From an uncultured virus (IMG/VR IMGVR_UViG_3300029319_000027) (taxonomy: Duplodnaviria; Heunggongvirae; Uroviricota; Caudoviricetes): DNA of 64,000 bases. Below, in pieces: positions 7,341 through 17,100 of the stretch. The first letter of the stretch is position 1, and each line of letters starts with the position of its first letter. The notes under the pieces are model-generated. The model did not search any database, had not been told where the DNA came from, and was given only the letters and a program-made list of their open reading frames with translations. A program made the translations under genes and the position numbers. The DNA lies in the IMG/VR virus record IMGVR_UViG_3300029319_000027. One strand, given 5' to 3'.

Positions 7341-7609
7341 TTATTTAGAGTGCTCGCTGTTAATATTGCACCGAATGATAAGTGAAATAACCCACCACCT
7401 TTAAGAGTGAATGGCTCATGTTGTGATACTAGTTTTTTTAGATATTCCATTTGAACTAATGGGTCTTCTATCAATGCTAAATACTGCATATATTCAGCTA
7501 AATCTAATCCCATTCTTGCTACCCCGTAATATATAGGCACAAGCATAAAGTCATATACACATATAACTAAATAAACTATTAACGCAGCTAAACGCCATTT
7601 ATCTTTCAT
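7337..7609 (-). CDS. Small membrane protein, holin-like
   Basis: WR...YL.IC.YDF...P and P.TL.GGGLFH..FGAIL pattern; two hydrophobic segments. Confidence 0.6.
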   Translation of the reverse strand: MKDKWRLAALIVYLVICVYDFMLVPIYYGVARMGLDLAEYMQYLALIEDPLVQMEYLKKLVSQHEPFTLKGGGLFHLSFGAILTASTLNK

Positions 7610-7764
7610 TCTTCTTCATCTTTCTTTTCTGGTTGGTTTAAAAAAATTATCTTTATAGACATTTTACAATTACTTGGCGACTGATCGCACATCCATTTGT
7701 TGTTATCTACATGTTTGAGTGGTGTCTTGCACTCAACACATCTATAAATTTTTTTTCTGCTCAT
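7606..7764 (-). CDS. Small Zn-ribbon protein (52 aa)
   Basis: CVEC...C.....C; ATGA overlap with the next gene; AGGAG upstream. Confidence 0.55.
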   Translation of the reverse strand: MSRKKIYRCVECKTPLKHVDNNKWMCDQSPSNCKMSIKIIFLNQPEKKDEEE

Positions 7765-7907
7765 CTATAATTTCTCCTATGATTTCATTAAAATATTTAA
7801 AAAATTTGGTGGACATCATTGCAATCCACACTAAAAGTCCAACCGATATTATTGATATTGTTAGGACTAGTATTATTTCTGTCATGTAACCTCCTTTCGA
7901 GGTATTG

Positions 7908-8108
7908 TTACATTACGGCTTGGATTAGTACCACTAATGCAGATACAGCAACTAACCAGCCACTGAGTTCTGCTCTTGAAATTTTCTGATTGACCTTTTC
8001 GTGTAATTGGTCAATGCGTTCATTGATTTTGTCTTGACCTTCCAATATTAAAAGACTTAGCTCCTTTTGTGTTAAACCACTCGTACCATTTGCTTTATGA
8101 TCTGCCAT
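7908..8108 (-). CDS. Small coiled-coil plus C-terminal TM protein
   Basis: Heptad region followed by a hydrophobic tail. Confidence 0.65.
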   Translation of the reverse strand: MADHKANGTSGLTQKELSLLILEGQDKINERIDQLHEKVNQKISRAELSGWLVAVSALVVLIQAVM

Positions 8109-8194
8109 TAGTTGTCCTTACAACAAGTACTTCCATGTTCACAATTGCAAATCTGAACAAATGAACCGTCTTCTTTTTCAGTAACCATGCACAT
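8108..8194 (-). CDS. 28-aa Cys-rich peptide
   Basis: MCMVTEKEDGSFVQICNCEHGSTCCKDN; fills the gap and couples by TAATG. Confidence 0.45.
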   Translation of the reverse strand: MCMVTEKEDGSFVQICNCEHGSTCCKDN

Positions 8195-8195
8195 A

Positions 8196-8594
8196 TTAAT
8201 CTCTTAACCTTATGGTAAGTAACCATATTACAGTAGATACAATTATTGCGATACCTACTATATCTTGTGCAGTTCCTGTAAGAGTAAACCAGGCTATAAA
8301 GAAACCAAGCAAAGTAAATATCTGTGCTATTGATTCTTTTACAACATCCACAATCCATTTAATTATTGCTTTTATATTGATTTTCTTTATAAGTTTCCAC
8401 ATCCATGGAAATGGTTTAACAATTAAAGACACTATGCCTTTTATTATTTGGATGAATATATCGATACCTTTATTTATATATTTAGGTATCTCTTTTAAAA
8501 CCTTGTATATATTTATGATTAACCATTTAACAATGTTGTATGGTAATCCTAGTAAATTGTTTAGAAGCCCTACCACTTTTTTAATTAATTTCAA
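8196..8594 (-). CDS. Membrane protein
   Basis: Amphipathic N-terminus and two C-terminal TM segments; overlaps the stop of the 1067-aa gene. Confidence 0.7.
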   Translation of the reverse strand: MKLIKKVVGLLNNLLGLPYNIVKWLIINIYKVLKEIPKYINKGIDIFIQIIKGIVSLIVKPFPWMWKLIKKINIKAIIKWIVDVVKESIAQIFTLLGFFIAWFTLTGTAQDIVGIAIIVSTVIWLLTIRLRD

Positions 8595-11500
8595 AATGGT
8601 CTCCTAATCAACGCTCCTGCGTTAGCTATAATTTGTGAAGCTATAATCACGGGGACTACAACCTCTTGTGCTTTCTCCTTTTGATCGCTTGTCATATCAC
8701 TACCCAATTCGGATACAGTGATATTATTTAAATCTATATCTATTATAACAGCTACCGGGTCGCTGATGAACGCTTCGAGTTGCACTTCGGTAACAACATC
8801 TGCAAGAGTATAGTTTTCTGTATCAGCGTTTTCAACGGCTCTTTCTACATATTCACTAACAGCTTCTGCGACAACTTCTTCTTTAGCTGCAGCTTCAGCA
8901 ATAATCTGAACATCCTCTTCTTCTTCAAAACCTAAAACTTCAGCAACTGCTTCTACTTCTTCTTCTGATAATTCTTCTACAGTTTCTGTGTCAACAACTT
9001 CTGCAACAACAGCCTGTACAACTTTTACAGTTTGTTCATCTGCTACTGCTAAGTTTTCTACACCAACTTCTGCTATCTGTTCTACAACGACAACAAGTTC
9101 TTCAGTTTCCAACTCTTCTACGAACTCTTCAATGACTTCTTCTAGTTCTTCTTCGTAAGCCTCAAGTTCTTCCTCAGATAAATCTTCTAACTCTTCTTCT
9201 TCAAGTATTTCAATATCTTCAGATTCTATAACTTCTGTAAGTTCTTCTGTATCTACGACTTCTTCAATAACCTCAGTAGCAACTTCTACAACAATAGCTA
9301 CCTCTTCTTCAGTAAGTTCCTCAACTTCTTTTTCTTTAATCTCTTTGAACTCTTCTACAGATACAGTCTCAGGTAAGACTTCTTCGATAATCTCTTCTTC
9401 TAATTCCTCAACATAGGCTTCGACAACTTCTTTACGCTCTTCTTTATATTCCTCAAGCTCCTCTTCAGATAAATCCTCAAGTTCTTCTTCTGACTTGGTT
9501 TGTTCGAAGACTTGCTCTGGTTGTATCTCTTTATCTCCCTCTTCACTATCAAGTGGGTCGGTCTCAGGCTGTTCAGGTTTATCTTCTTCAATTGGTTCAA
9601 TGACAACGACAACATTTTCCAGGTCAATATCAACTTCAATAATTTCGTCTTCAAGTTCAAACTCCGTAAAATCTACATTATTCTTAATGTCTATAATAGC
9701 ATCAACTAACTCTTCTACTTTTTTCTTTTCTTCATCAGTTTGTTCTACAACTACTGTATTGCCATCTTCATCAGTTGTTGTTTCTACAGGAATGACAACA
9801 GAATTTTTGATTTCTTCTTCAATACGAGCTTTTTCTTCAGCTAACTCTCTAGCTTCACGCTCATTATCAAGTTCCATGTAACCTGTTTCGGCATAGTTTT
9901 TTTCTCTTTCTGCCTGTAAACGAGCTTGTTCTTCTTCATATTCACGCTGTTCTCTATCAGCACGCTCTTGGTCAGTCTCAGAATATCCTGTTTCAGAAGC
10001 ATTTTTATCACGCTGTCTTTGTAATTCAGCTAAACGCTCTTGTTCTTCTCTGTCTTCTCTATCAGAACGCTCTTGATCTGTTTCTGAGTAACCTGTTTCA
10101 GATAAGTTTTTATCTCTTTGACGCTGAAGTTCTGCTTGACGCTCTCGTTCTATACGCTCTGCTTCTTCACGAGCTTCTCTTTCCTTACGCTGTCTTTCAG
10201 CTTCGGCAGCAGCCGCATCAGCATCATCCTGTGCTTTCTTGTCAAATACTTCTAGTGTCGGCTCGGTAGAATAACCACTATAAACATTATAAGTAGAGCT
10301 ATAAGCTCTAATTGAAAATTCGTAAGTGTCGTTAGTAATTGCACTGTAAGGAATAGTATAACTTGTTTCTGTGATGTTATATACTACAGTTTCGTTCTGA
10401 GCGTCTATTCTGTAATAAAGTTCATAAGTTGTAGCAGTTCTTGTTCCTGTATTGGGCTCATCCCATTCAACAAGTACACCACTATTGTAAACATTTTCTA
10501 CTGTAGGATTCATAGGCGGTCCAAGAGTGTTATCTACTGTATAAGTTGCCTCGACATCATTACACCACCATGAACTTGCACATGTAGATATTCGGTAGTA
10601 GTAAGTACCATTTAAAGTTGTGTAATCTATTGCCTCACTGTTATCTACCCAAGGCAAAGTAAATTCAGTAGTAGATGTATCTGTACTTCTATAGACTTCA
10701 AACCAGGTGTTTGCACTATAGTCTGCATCATAAGTTTCAGCGACTAATATTCTATATCCACCTATATCAACCCAATTACTTGTAGGGGCATCCCAATCTA
10801 CTGTAATACCACTAGTAGATTCTGTAATTGTATAATTATTACCAACACCACTAGGGCTTTTACCAATAGTTATTGTTACTACATCAGTAAACGCAGACTC
10901 TATTGATTGTGCAACATTTTCTGCTTTTACACTAAACATATAAGCTATGTCTTCACTATTACTTAAGCCTAAAGCTGTCTCTAAATCGCTTCTTGTAAAA
11001 GTCATTTCTGTGTCAGTGGTATTTGGATTTTGGTCTAATACTCCATTGTCTCCATATCGAACTGTATATCTATCAGGAGTTGTATTGCCTGTAGTAGGTG
11101 CATCCCAATCTACAGTTATTGAGCCATTATCATTTTTTGTAACACTAAAATTTGTAGGTACACCTACTGTTGGTAAAGTCGTAGTAGTTGTAGTCGTAGT
11201 AGTCGTGGTGGTAGTAGTAGTCGTAGTTGTAGTAGCAGCAAAACTACCTGTAGCTACTGCATCATCATATTGAAAATAAAAAGTATCAAACAAAGACCAA
11301 TCATGAATATCTAATACAAACTTAGTTATAAATTTATCTGTGTTGTTTTCATCTGCATTGTAATCAGTAAAAGATTTGTAAATGTCATCATACATTGTTG
11401 ATAAGTTTGAATTACTTTGTGCAGATTTGTTTTCTGTTTCTGTTGTACCATCTGAATAGTGCCAATCAATAGAGTAGGCTTGATTTACTGCACCTACTAT

Positions 11501-11794
11501 AAAACCTACTTCATAAACATCTATATCACTAGAGAACTCAAATGTGTATTCAGCAGTACAACCATTGTTCATGTGGCATACGCCTAAAGAAGAACCTGTT
11601 GTTCCATAGTTATTAATTTCAGCAGAATATATTTGTACAGGATCAGAAGTAGCTGATATTGTAAATCCGGACTCATATGTTGAATCTTCAAATCCTTCGT
11701 TTACTTGAACTTCAGTTGCAAATGCTATTGGAAAAGGATATATGAGTAAAGCAACAACTAGTAGGCGTAAAGCCGTATTAATCTTTTTAAGCAT
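8591..11794 (-). CDS. Large secreted/surface protein with poly-Thr linker, about three Fn3 domains and acidic coiled coil
   Basis: Signal peptide, ~19-Thr tract, repeated ITVDWDAP Fn3 motifs, ETGYSETDQER repeats, Glu-rich C-half. Confidence 0.8.
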   Translation of the reverse strand: MLKKINTALRLLVVALLIYPFPIAFATEVQVNEGFEDSTYESGFTISATSDPVQIYSAEINNYGTTGSSLGVCHMNNGCTAEYTFEFSSDIDVYEVGFIVGAVNQAYSIDWHYSDGTTETENKSAQSNSNLSTMYDDIYKSFTDYNADENNTDKFITKFVLDIHDWSLFDTFYFQYDDAVATGSFAATTTTTTTTTTTTTTTTTTTLPTVGVPTNFSVTKNDNGSITVDWDAPTTGNTTPDRYTVRYGDNGVLDQNPNTTDTEMTFTRSDLETALGLSNSEDIAYMFSVKAENVAQSIESAFTDVVTITIGKSPSGVGNNYTITESTSGITVDWDAPTSNWVDIGGYRILVAETYDADYSANTWFEVYRSTDTSTTEFTLPWVDNSEAIDYTTLNGTYYYRISTCASSWWCNDVEATYTVDNTLGPPMNPTVENVYNSGVLVEWDEPNTGTRTATTYELYYRIDAQNETVVYNITETSYTIPYSAITNDTYEFSIRAYSSTYNVYSGYSTEPTLEVFDKKAQDDADAAAAEAERQRKEREAREEAERIERERQAELQRQRDKNLSETGYSETDQERSDREDREEQERLAELQRQRDKNASETGYSETDQERADREQREYEEEQARLQAEREKNYAETGYMELDNEREARELAEEKARIEEEIKNSVVIPVETTTDEDGNTVVVEQTDEEKKKVEELVDAIIDIKNNVDFTEFELEDEIIEVDIDLENVVVVIEPIEEDKPEQPETDPLDSEEGDKEIQPEQVFEQTKSEEELEDLSEEELEEYKEERKEVVEAYVEELEEEIIEEVLPETVSVEEFKEIKEKEVEELTEEEVAIVVEVATEVIEEVVDTEELTEVIESEDIEILEEEELEDLSEEELEAYEEELEEVIEEFVEELETEELVVVVEQIAEVGVENLAVADEQTVKVVQAVVAEVVDTETVEELSEEEVEAVAEVLGFEEEEDVQIIAEAAAKEEVVAEAVSEYVERAVENADTENYTLADVVTEVQLEAFISDPVAVIIDIDLNNITVSELGSDMTSDQKEKAQEVVVPVIIASQIIANAGALIRRPF

Positions 11795-11797
11795 GTC

Positions 11798-12058
11798 CTA
11801 CTTTCTAGTAGGTACGCTATTGAAAACCTCATTAACTTCTTCTAAAGTAATTTTTCCATCATCTATATATTTTCTTGCGAGCATCTCTACTACATGAGCA
11901 ACACCCATTATTCCTGCTAAGAGAGCAGACTGATAAACATCTATACCAACTAAAGAGCCAGCACCAAGTATTGATAGTGCTTGTGCAATAAATACTGCAA
12001 CTATTCTTTTGATTATGTTTATAAAAAGTTGACTATTACTCATTACTCTTTCTACCAT
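11798..12058 (-). CDS. Holin-like membrane protein
   Basis: Two TM segments with a charged C-tail, next to the endolysin. Confidence 0.6.
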   Translation of the reverse strand: MVERVMSNSQLFINIIKRIVAVFIAQALSILGAGSLVGIDVYQSALLAGIMGVAHVVEMLARKYIDDGKITLEEVNEVFNSVPTRK

Positions 12059-12136
12059 TAATTCCTCCTGTATATAGAAAAGGCGAGGTAAAAACCTCGC
12101 CCATCTATATAAATTATACTATATATTTCTAGTCAA

Positions 12137-12349
12137 TTATCCCTTCGGGATTTTTGACATAAATGGAAATGGTGCATCTTCAATTGCATTCTGTACTACA
12201 GAAATTAATGCAGATGCTCCTGCTACTAGAGCAGCCATCATAACATCGGCTTCAAACATTCCTGCTTGATTTGCCATCATCACGGCTACAAAAGCCTGTG
12301 CTGCTGTTCTTGCTCCTCTAATAAGTGCAGTTCTCCAATAGTCTGCCAT
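12137..12349 (-). CDS. Holin, r1t-like
   Basis: WRTALIRGARTAAQAFVA matches the r1t holin pattern; AGGAG RBS before ATG 12349. Confidence 0.7.
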   Translation of the reverse strand: MADYWRTALIRGARTAAQAFVAVMMANQAGMFEADVMMAALVAGASALISVVQNAIEDAPFPFMSKIPKG

Positions 12350-12351
12350 AA

Positions 12352-12600
12352 TTATTCTCCTTTTTTTGAGAAAGTCGCATACCATGTTTGTGGTCCAACT
12401 ATACCGTCTGGAACTAACCCGTTATTTATTTGGATTTGTTTGCATCTTTCTACATCTTGCTCTTCATACCATCCGTTGACTACAACGCCTCCTGCTTGGT
12501 CTTGCCATGCAGAAATGTCATCTCCACGCATTCTTGGATAAGTTAATTTAAAATTTCTACCAACCCAAGGTGGTACTTGTCGTTCAGCTCTTTTTTGCAA
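12352..12600 (-). CDS. Second peptidoglycan-binding domain, out of frame (+1) with the endolysin
   Basis: GDDISAWQ...GLVPDGIVGPQTW; no convincing own start or RBS. Confidence 0.65.
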   Translation of the reverse strand: MQKRAERQVPPWVGRNFKLTYPRMRGDDISAWQDQAGGVVVNGWYEEQDVERCKQIQINNGLVPDGIVGPQTWYATFSKKGE

Positions 12601-13327
12601 AGGAATACTTCCAAACATCCAAATCAAGAACCCCTGTAGGTTCCCAATCATTCTCGTTTTGTATTTGTATTACTTTGCTTTTACTTCCATTGCCAAACCA
12701 TCCATCAGCAGATAGACCAACTTGTTCCTGCCATTTTTTAACATCATCACTCTTTGTAAGAGGAGATGTAACCATAATGTCCCCAGGAAAGTCTGGAATA
12801 TCTGAAAAATCCCAAACAACAGTTTTTTCAGGTTCGGAAGGCTTTTTGCCTTCGATGTAATCGTAGTCTATGTAGTCGACTGTAACTTTTTCGCCACTTA
12901 ATATAGCATCTCTCACAATCGGATAGACCTTTTTATACGCATTTACGGATGAGCCGACAAATCCATCTTTTTGTACTAAATTGCTTGTTTGAGAGTCTCC
13001 CAAAATTAAACAACCAGATGTCGATTCGTCTGTATTCCCCGTGTGCCATAATATATATTCAAACCCCGGAACGGAGTTTACATAAATCATTCCCTTGTGC
13101 CAATCAGAGCCATATTTTGCAGTGTATCTTGAGTGAAAACCACCTTCGCTACGAAGCGTTAACTTGTATGATCCTTCAGGTATTCTCGTCTCATGTTTCA
13201 CTTTTTCTGCCCTGTATTCGTCCTCGACCGTGTAGCAGAGGAATTGGCGTTTCCCATCTGTAACATCAAACAGTATTCCACTAGTAGAATCTGCTTGAGA
13301 ACTGATTCTTAATACTTCTAACTTCAT
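12584..13327 (-). CDS. Endolysin: DUF5675-like domain plus peptidoglycan-binding domain
   Basis: TRIPEGSY, ILWHTGN...TSGCLILG (His/Cys), then DDVKKWQ..GLSADGWFG. Confidence 0.8.
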   Translation of the reverse strand: MKLEVLRISSQADSTSGILFDVTDGKRQFLCYTVEDEYRAEKVKHETRIPEGSYKLTLRSEGGFHSRYTAKYGSDWHKGMIYVNSVPGFEYILWHTGNTDESTSGCLILGDSQTSNLVQKDGFVGSSVNAYKKVYPIVRDAILSGEKVTVDYIDYDYIEGKKPSEPEKTVVWDFSDIPDFPGDIMVTSPLTKSDDVKKWQEQVGLSADGWFGNGSKSKVIQIQNENDWEPTGVLDLDVWKYSFAKKS

Positions 13328-13351
13328 ACATTCCTATTATAGTTGTTTGTT

Positions 13352-14575
13352 TTACAGTATTTCTAGGTTATGGACACCGTTCTTATTGACGCAAAAGGTC
13401 AATATTCCTGGATTTGTCGTTAATCCTAGAGTATTTTGCACCCATAAAGACCCACCATCTAAGGCAGGAGCTTGTATATGTGTCTTTCCATACTCTTGTA
13501 GCATAGAAAAATGATGAAAATGAGCTGATAAAAGTACATCAGCACCACCTGCAGGCAAATCTGCCACAGATTGATTTTTCCACCATGCAAAAGCCTTTTG
13601 AGATGCTCCTCCTGCACCTCTTCTGAATTGATGACCATGTGCAAATGCGATAGTTGTACCATTTACATCTAAAGTTACATCTAAATCTTCGTCAGGAATA
13701 TAAAACTTTACATGACCAAACGCTTTTTTGTTAGCTGCACATATTCTTGCTACTTGGTCTGCTAGCAATAAATCAAAGTTGTCTCCAAAATTTGTATAAG
13801 CTTTACCTGAACCATTTCTATTTTCTCCATGGTTACCACCAACTGCGACTACTAAGACTTCATCAAATAAAGGTGCCCACTTCTTAATGCATTCCATCAT
13901 TAAATTAGAACCGATATTTATCTGATCTCGTTGATTTATTTGGACTGAGAAGGTTTGCATTTCGTAGAATCCATTACACCCCTCGATTATATCCCCTAAG
14001 GAACTGATGACTAATTTACCTATTTTCATGCCACCTTTTCTTAAGAATTTAACTCTAGTTACGACATCATCAATACCACGGAGTACTCTTTCTGTAACTC
14101 CTTCTATGCCATCTCCATCCTCTTTTCCTAGTTGCCAATCTGATAGTGCAACTAAAAACGCATTGTCTCCCTTTTCAACGGTTTTTTTCGGTGCTTTATA
14201 CTTCTTTATTGCCTCAATTAGTGGAGCAGGATCATATATATTAGATGCTCCTTTTTTGATAATATCGACTTTGTAATAGTGCATTCTTTGGGTATTACCT
14301 TGACCCATGTTGGTATCCCATGCTCTATATTGAACTGTATCCCCATCGACTTCAAACTCTTCAGGATTAAATCCCCACTCTTCTAATAAAAAATCCCAAG
14401 AAGTTATTTTCTTGGGAAGTCCTTCAGTGGTTGCAGTTCCTTTTTTAGATTTCTCGTCCCACTTTACTCCTGGTTCGAAACCCGTAGGGTAATCTTTTTT
14501 TGCTTTTGGTACCTGAGAAACATCTTGTTGTGCCTTTCTTAAGTCCTCTACTCGTTTAGAAAAATCACTTGACAT
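13352..14575 (-). CDS. Calcineurin-like metallophosphoesterase (Mre11-like phage nuclease)
   Basis: SDWQLG, GDIIEG, GNHGE, AHGH and AHFH motifs. Confidence 0.85.
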   Translation of the reverse strand: MSSDFSKRVEDLRKAQQDVSQVPKAKKDYPTGFEPGVKWDEKSKKGTATTEGLPKKITSWDFLLEEWGFNPEEFEVDGDTVQYRAWDTNMGQGNTQRMHYYKVDIIKKGASNIYDPAPLIEAIKKYKAPKKTVEKGDNAFLVALSDWQLGKEDGDGIEGVTERVLRGIDDVVTRVKFLRKGGMKIGKLVISSLGDIIEGCNGFYEMQTFSVQINQRDQINIGSNLMMECIKKWAPLFDEVLVVAVGGNHGENRNGSGKAYTNFGDNFDLLLADQVARICAANKKAFGHVKFYIPDEDLDVTLDVNGTTIAFAHGHQFRRGAGGASQKAFAWWKNQSVADLPAGGADVLLSAHFHHFSMLQEYGKTHIQAPALDGGSLWVQNTLGLTTNPGILTFCVNKNGVHNLEIL

Positions 14576-14819
14576 TTGATGCCCTCCAACGCTTGATAGA
14601 AGAGTCTGAAATATTAAAATTAAATTCTTTCATGACTATTGCTAGATTTGATGCAGATATCGACAAGTCATTTAATGCTTCTTGTACATCACTTGCTAAC
14701 TCAGGTTCTTCAGATAATTCTTCAAGTAAGATATCTACTTTTGAGCGTTGAGATTTGGGTCTTTTTGCTGCTTGTAGTCTTGCTTTCTCTAAGAATGATT
14801 CACTGCCCTGTACTGACAT
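14565..14819 (-). CDS. Small HTH-like protein
   Basis: ISASNLA...ISDSSIKRWR; adjacent to the phosphoesterase. Confidence 0.6.
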   Translation of the reverse strand: MSVQGSESFLEKARLQAAKRPKSQRSKVDILLEELSEEPELASDVQEALNDLSISASNLAIVMKEFNFNISDSSIKRWRASNVK

Positions 14820-14827
14820 GATAAGCC

Positions 14828-15064
14828 CTATTCCTCTTCTGTATTAGCTTTTTGATTACCACCTGTTACTTGTTGTAACACGGAATTTAATCTTTTAATC
14901 TCAGCGTCTCTGCTAGCAATTTCAACAGAGTGATTCCCTGCTGCTAGCTTCATTTCGTTAAGAATAGCTAAAAGATTATTCTTTTCGCCTACAAGAACAT
15001 TATATTGCTCTACAAAAGACTCAATATTTTCTTGATTAACTGTGGTATTTTCGTTATCAGCCAT
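14828..15064 (-). CDS. Small coiled-coil protein
   Basis: AAGGAG RBS, heptad pattern. Confidence 0.65.
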   Translation of the reverse strand: MADNENTTVNQENIESFVEQYNVLVGEKNNLLAILNEMKLAAGNHSVEIASRDAEIKRLNSVLQQVTGGNQKANTEEE

Positions 15065-15284
15065 TATTCTCCTTTTTTGGGTCGAACTTAGGTCGCCTTC
15101 ATGATGTATTATAACCGAACTATTGTGAATTATTGGTATTTATGTGTAATTATTTGTCTGTTTTTTTAGAATCACTGTAAGTATTAGATATAGGCTTATC
15201 AACTGTTGATTTTGGAGCCCTATCAGTAACTTTACTTCTTCTAAGCAATTCATACTCTAAGTTGTAATTATTTACCATAATTAA

Positions 15285-15548
15285 TTATAACTCAATGAAT
15301 ATGCACTCGCCTGGACACTCCTCTGCTGACTCTAATACTATATCTTCTTGCCCTTTAGGTACTCTAGCAAGACCTTCAGCACCTTGGTCATTACCATGAT
15401 TAGCACTAAATATTTTAAGGTCTCCAAAATTACCGACTGTTTCTTGAACATAAGCTAAACCATCATTTTGCATGACAAATACATCAGGAGCTATCTCTGC
15501 ACATAAACCATCTCCTGTACATAAATCTTGATCTATCCATACTTTCAT
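15285..15548 (-). CDS. fdx: Single-cluster ferredoxin, actinobacterial type
   Basis: MKVWIDQDLCTGDGLCAEIAPDVF...AEECPGECI (CxxDxxC...CP). Confidence 0.92.
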   Translation of the reverse strand: MKVWIDQDLCTGDGLCAEIAPDVFVMQNDGLAYVQETVGNFGDLKIFSANHGNDQGAEGLARVPKGQEDIVLESAEECPGECIFIEL

Positions 15549-16288
15549 ATTGACTTTCTGAATCTTCTAGTTATTTCCCTATATCCACCTGTAAATTTAG
15601 AACGAAGAGATGTTTGTTCATCTCTAATCATATCCATATCATCTTGTGTAGATTTTCTTACAAGTAGTTTGGGTTTTTTCTCTCTTTTAAATGGTATCAC
15701 ATGTAAGAACGGCATACCTCTTTTGAGGATAGTGTCTCCCTGAGTATGCCAAATACCTGGAAAGTTTATTTGATGAAAGCTATCTGTCTCAACAATACCT
15801 GGTATCAAAGTAAAATGTTCATTCCTTTCTAGTAATGGTGGTATAAACATTGTTGACCAACCAGGTGGTGTTTTAAAAAACCAAGGACTAATAAATTTTA
15901 ATGGGTGTCTATGGTCTCCTTCTTCAAAAGGATATGTTTGTGCTTGTTCATAGTTATGAAACTCTATTTGACCGTAGTCTTGTTTATGATTCTCCCAATG
16001 TAATTCTTCTCCATGTTTTTGTATTAACAAATCGCACCACAAAGGAATAATGTATCCTTCAGTAAGATAATCGATAACAGCAGGACATTTCTTAATAGTG
16101 TGTCCTGTGAATTCTTTTATCCAATCTCCTACTCTTGGGAATGGACCTGAAAAATCTGGAATATCATTACTAAGCATATCGAACCATTTAGGAATCATTT
16201 GGCTTGCAGGAACAGGTGGAGCTATATCTACTAAAGGTGGTACTGTGGTTATGAACTCAATGTTCTTTGTTTTTATTTTCCGAACCAT
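15545..16288 (-). CDS. DUF6065-like protein, paralog 1
   Basis: TIKKCP...GYIIPLW.D...PW..KTPPGWS...PGIVETD...G.P...VIPFKRE. Confidence 0.7.
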   Translation of the reverse strand: MVRKIKTKNIEFITTVPPLVDIAPPVPASQMIPKWFDMLSNDIPDFSGPFPRVGDWIKEFTGHTIKKCPAVIDYLTEGYIIPLWCDLLIQKHGEELHWENHKQDYGQIEFHNYEQAQTYPFEEGDHRHPLKFISPWFFKTPPGWSTMFIPPLLERNEHFTLIPGIVETDSFHQINFPGIWHTQGDTILKRGMPFLHVIPFKREKKPKLLVRKSTQDDMDMIRDEQTSLRSKFTGGYREITRRFRKSI

Positions 16289-17100
16289 TTTTTCCTAGGT
16301 AATAATCTTTTTTGTCTTCTTTCTAATGCTGTAGGGTAAAGCTGATTTGTTTCTCTTCTGTTTTTAGAAACATTAACTATCTGATGCCACTGTTTACTCA
16401 TATCTTCTGTCCACTCTACATACTCTAACTTCACAGGTTTTGAAAACAATAGATTAAACATTGTATAGTCATGACTTAAATCTATTCTGTTAACACTTGT
16501 ATCTAGCCATTCAAAAGCCCAAGACAATCCTCTTGTCCATGCATGTATAGGCATAAAACCACCAACTGTTGCTATTGGAAGATTGTATTTAGGATTTCTG
16601 TCGCTAGGTACAACATCTACCCATACTTCAGGGTCATCTGTAAATAATATAAAAGGAAGAGCTATTTGGCAGACAGGTATGTCAGGACTAGCCCATGCAT
16701 CTTTTTCTTCAAGTATAAAATCTGTAAATGGACCGTAATGTTTTACAGCACCACCATAATGTGCTCTTGCAGACATTCCACCATATCTATCTACCTGATC
16801 TGTAAATTGATTTTTTTCTAAATGTATTTGTACATTGCTCCAAGGAAACTTAACCTCATACAATCTTTCTCTCATATATAAAGTTGATACACAACCATTT
16901 GGAGCTTTAAGAAACTTACTTGGTGTTCTAAAACCTACATCAGGTAAGCTATTTTCACTTTCTTGTCCCTGTGGATTAAGTTGTTTAGGGACAGTAAACC
17001 CTACTGTAGGTGCAGTTCTTCTTGTTAAATTTAAGGGTTGAGACCATATTTTAGACTGATTAGGCATTGGACATTTCATAATATACCCTCTTCTTTCCAT
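16273..17100 (-). CDS. Divergent member of the same or a related family, paralog 2
   Basis: Overlaps neighbours at both ends; GC, LFTDD and W.R.LSWAFEW segments. Confidence 0.55.
   Translation of the reverse strand: MERRGYIMKCPMPNQSKIWSQPLNLTRRTAPTVGFTVPKQLNPQGQESENSLPDVGFRTPSKFLKAPNGCVSTLYMRERLYEVKFPWSNVQIHLEKNQFTDQVDRYGGMSARAHYGGAVKHYGPFTDFILEEKDAWASPDIPVCQIALPFILFTDDPEVWVDVVPSDRNPKYNLPIATVGGFMPIHAWTRGLSWAFEWLDTSVNRIDLSHDYTMFNLLFSKPVKLEYVEWTEDMSKQWHQIVNVSKNRRETNQLYPTALERRQKRLLPRKKWFGK

Noticed and set aside
7885..7897. TGTAACCTCCTTT as a promoter copy
   Set aside because: No GTCTAA element; it is the reverse complement of an AAAGGAGG RBS for a minus-strand small ORF.
12590..12596. A AAA AAG -1 frameshift as the route to the second binding domain
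   Set aside because: The -1 frame stops after about 15 codons; the domain is in the +1 frame.
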